Positions 16,798 through 17,967 of a stretch of 17,967 nt of DNA are shown here, in pieces. The stretch's first letter is position 1. Each line of letters opens with the position of its first letter. Position numbers and translations under genes: made by a program. Below the pieces are notes generated by a model. It was not told where the DNA came from. It saw only the letters and a list, made by a program, of their open reading frames with translations, and did no database searches. The stretch lies in assembly GCA_041640075.1 (NCBI GenBank), contig JBEQAY010000022.1, positions 1 to 17,967 on the forward strand, in the 5' to 3' direction. Source of the DNA: Candidatus Nanohaloarchaea archaeon. Its GTDB lineage: Archaea > Nanohalarchaeota > Nanosalinia > Nanosalinales > Nanosalinaceae.

Positions 16798-16908
16798 AAC
16801 TTTCCACGCTTCTCGAAAACAGTTTTTCCCTCACAGCTCCCCAGCCCATCAGTAAAAACTATTCACGTACTCCTTGAATATAAGTCTTTCATACACTACA
16901 AGGTACAT

Positions 16909-17445
16909 ATGATCGCTGTAATCTCCGACAGCCACATACCAAACCGTGCCGAAGAAATACCGGAAGAATTCCACGAAAAACTGGAAAAAGCCGATACAGC
17001 CGTCCACTGCGGAGATTTTGAAACACAGGAAAAATACCAAGAACTCAAAGAAAAATACGACATAATAGGGGTCAAAGGAAACTGTGACTTTTTCGACATC
17101 TCAGCATCAGAAAAATTTACAGAAAATAACATCGAATTCGGAGTCTATCACGGCGCAGGGATCAACCCGAGAGGCCACCACCCAACACTCGCCAAAACCG
17201 CAGACACACTGAACGTAGAAGTACTCTTCCACGGCCACACCCACCAGCAGGAGATCGCAGAACACAACGGAAAAATTTTACTGAATCCAGGCAGCTGCAC
17301 AGGAGTAGGCGGAGGATCAAGTTCTGAAAAGAATGCTTCAATGATGACTGTGGAAGTTTCAGAAACAGGTGAGTTGGAAGTGAAAATTTTAGAGAAAGAT
17401 ATGGAGAACGGAGAAATTTTTGTTTCAGAAGAAAAGAATATCTAA
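16909..17445 (+). CDS. YfcE/MJ0936/Vps29-like metallophosphoesterase
   Basis: Calcineurin-like motifs ISDSH, HCGD, GNCD, YHG, GHTH, NPGS. Confidence 0.92.
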   Translation: MIAVISDSHIPNRAEEIPEEFHEKLEKADTAVHCGDFETQEKYQELKEKYDIIGVKGNCDFFDISASEKFTENNIEFGVYHGAGINPRGHHPTLAKTADTLNVEVLFHGHTHQQEIAEHNGKILLNPGSCTGVGGGSSSEKNASMMTVEVSETGELEVKILEKDMENGEIFVSEEKNI

Positions 17446-17457
17446 ATCTAATATGAA

Positions 17458-17721
17458 TTATAGACCCGGCAGCATTATTTCTTTGAGTAAAAATACTAAC
17501 AGCGTCATCAAACTCACGAAGCCTCCTGCTATTTTGATATCCTCTAGAAATCCTAATCCTATATCCTTCAAGATCACCCAAAAAATTCCTGAGATAACGA
17601 AGCTAGGACCTAGACCTACTATAATATCCATCAGCCGCTCAGGGAGTCCTGAAAAACTGATTCCGAAAGCCGCAACGATTACGGCTGTGACAAAAATTTC
17701 TATTCGGTCATCAGGATGCAT
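17458..17721 (-). CDS. Small hypothetical membrane protein (about 3 TM)
   Basis: 87 aa with three hydrophobic segments, convergent with the phosphoesterase gene. Confidence 0.55.
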   Translation of the reverse strand: MHPDDRIEIFVTAVIVAAFGISFSGLPERLMDIIVGLGPSFVISGIFWVILKDIGLGFLEDIKIAGGFVSLMTLLVFLLKEIMLPGL

Positions 17722-17795
17722 GCATCTATGTTTTAAGATAAAAAATCAACAAACTTTTCATCCAGAATAAAAGAATTACTTCAGAAATTTTCTAT

Positions 17796-17967
17796 ATGGA
17801 TCTTCCATCTGTAAAAGAGAAAAGAGACCGGTTGGTCGACAATGAGGAGCTGTGTGATCACTGTCTTGGACGGCAGTTTGCCCAGTGTGGTCACGGCCTG
17901 GAGAATTTTGAGAGAGGGGTTATTGCCCGTGAAATTGATGATTTAACTGAAGATAGTTTTGTCCGGG
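17796..17967 (+). CDS. pus10: tRNA pseudouridine(54/55) synthase Pus10, 5' part (runs off the window); not in the ORF track
   Basis: Manual translation MDLPSVKEKRDRLVDNEELCDHCLGRQFAQCGHGLENFERG.. contains the Pus10 N-terminal LCxxCLGRQFA...GL.N.ERG signature. Confidence 0.85.
   Translation, partial: MDLPSVKEKRDRLVDNEELCDHCLGRQFAQCGHGLENFERGVIAREIDDLTEDSFVR

Noticed and set aside
16909..17445. Vps29 similarity as a eukaryotic signature (retromer)
   Set aside because: Metal-binding motifs are intact and such phosphoesterases are widespread in archaea. No Vps26- or Vps35-like neighbours.

Overview
Gene-dense archaeal housekeeping region. The very acidic (Glu/Asp-rich) proteins, moderate GC and compact spacing suggest a halophilic DPANN archaeon, most likely Nanohaloarchaeota (inference). 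The window holds the core SRP targeting pathway: an SRP RNA (57-324), ftsY and srp54/ffh. It also encodes rplX (eL20, missed by the ORF track), pfdA, Hef, a HerA/DUF87 ATPase, a Holliday-junction-resolvase-like nuclease, TraB, DUF2797, DUF460, an archaeosortase, a prepilin peptidase, a YfcE/Vps29-like phosphoesterase and the 5' end of pus10 (also missed). The main observation, from folding by hand, is that the SRP RNA has an archaeal-type Alu domain but no helix 6 (the SRP19-binding helix). It also has a UGAC rather than GNRA helix-8 tetraloop and a changed symmetric loop, pointing to a minimal, probably SRP19-independent SRP. Three intact ORFs look like pseudoenzymes that lack catalytic residues (M50-like, DUF429-like, alpha/beta hydrolase). 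No CRISPR array, tRNA, rRNA or mobile element was seen. Family calls come from remembered motifs; no database searches were run.
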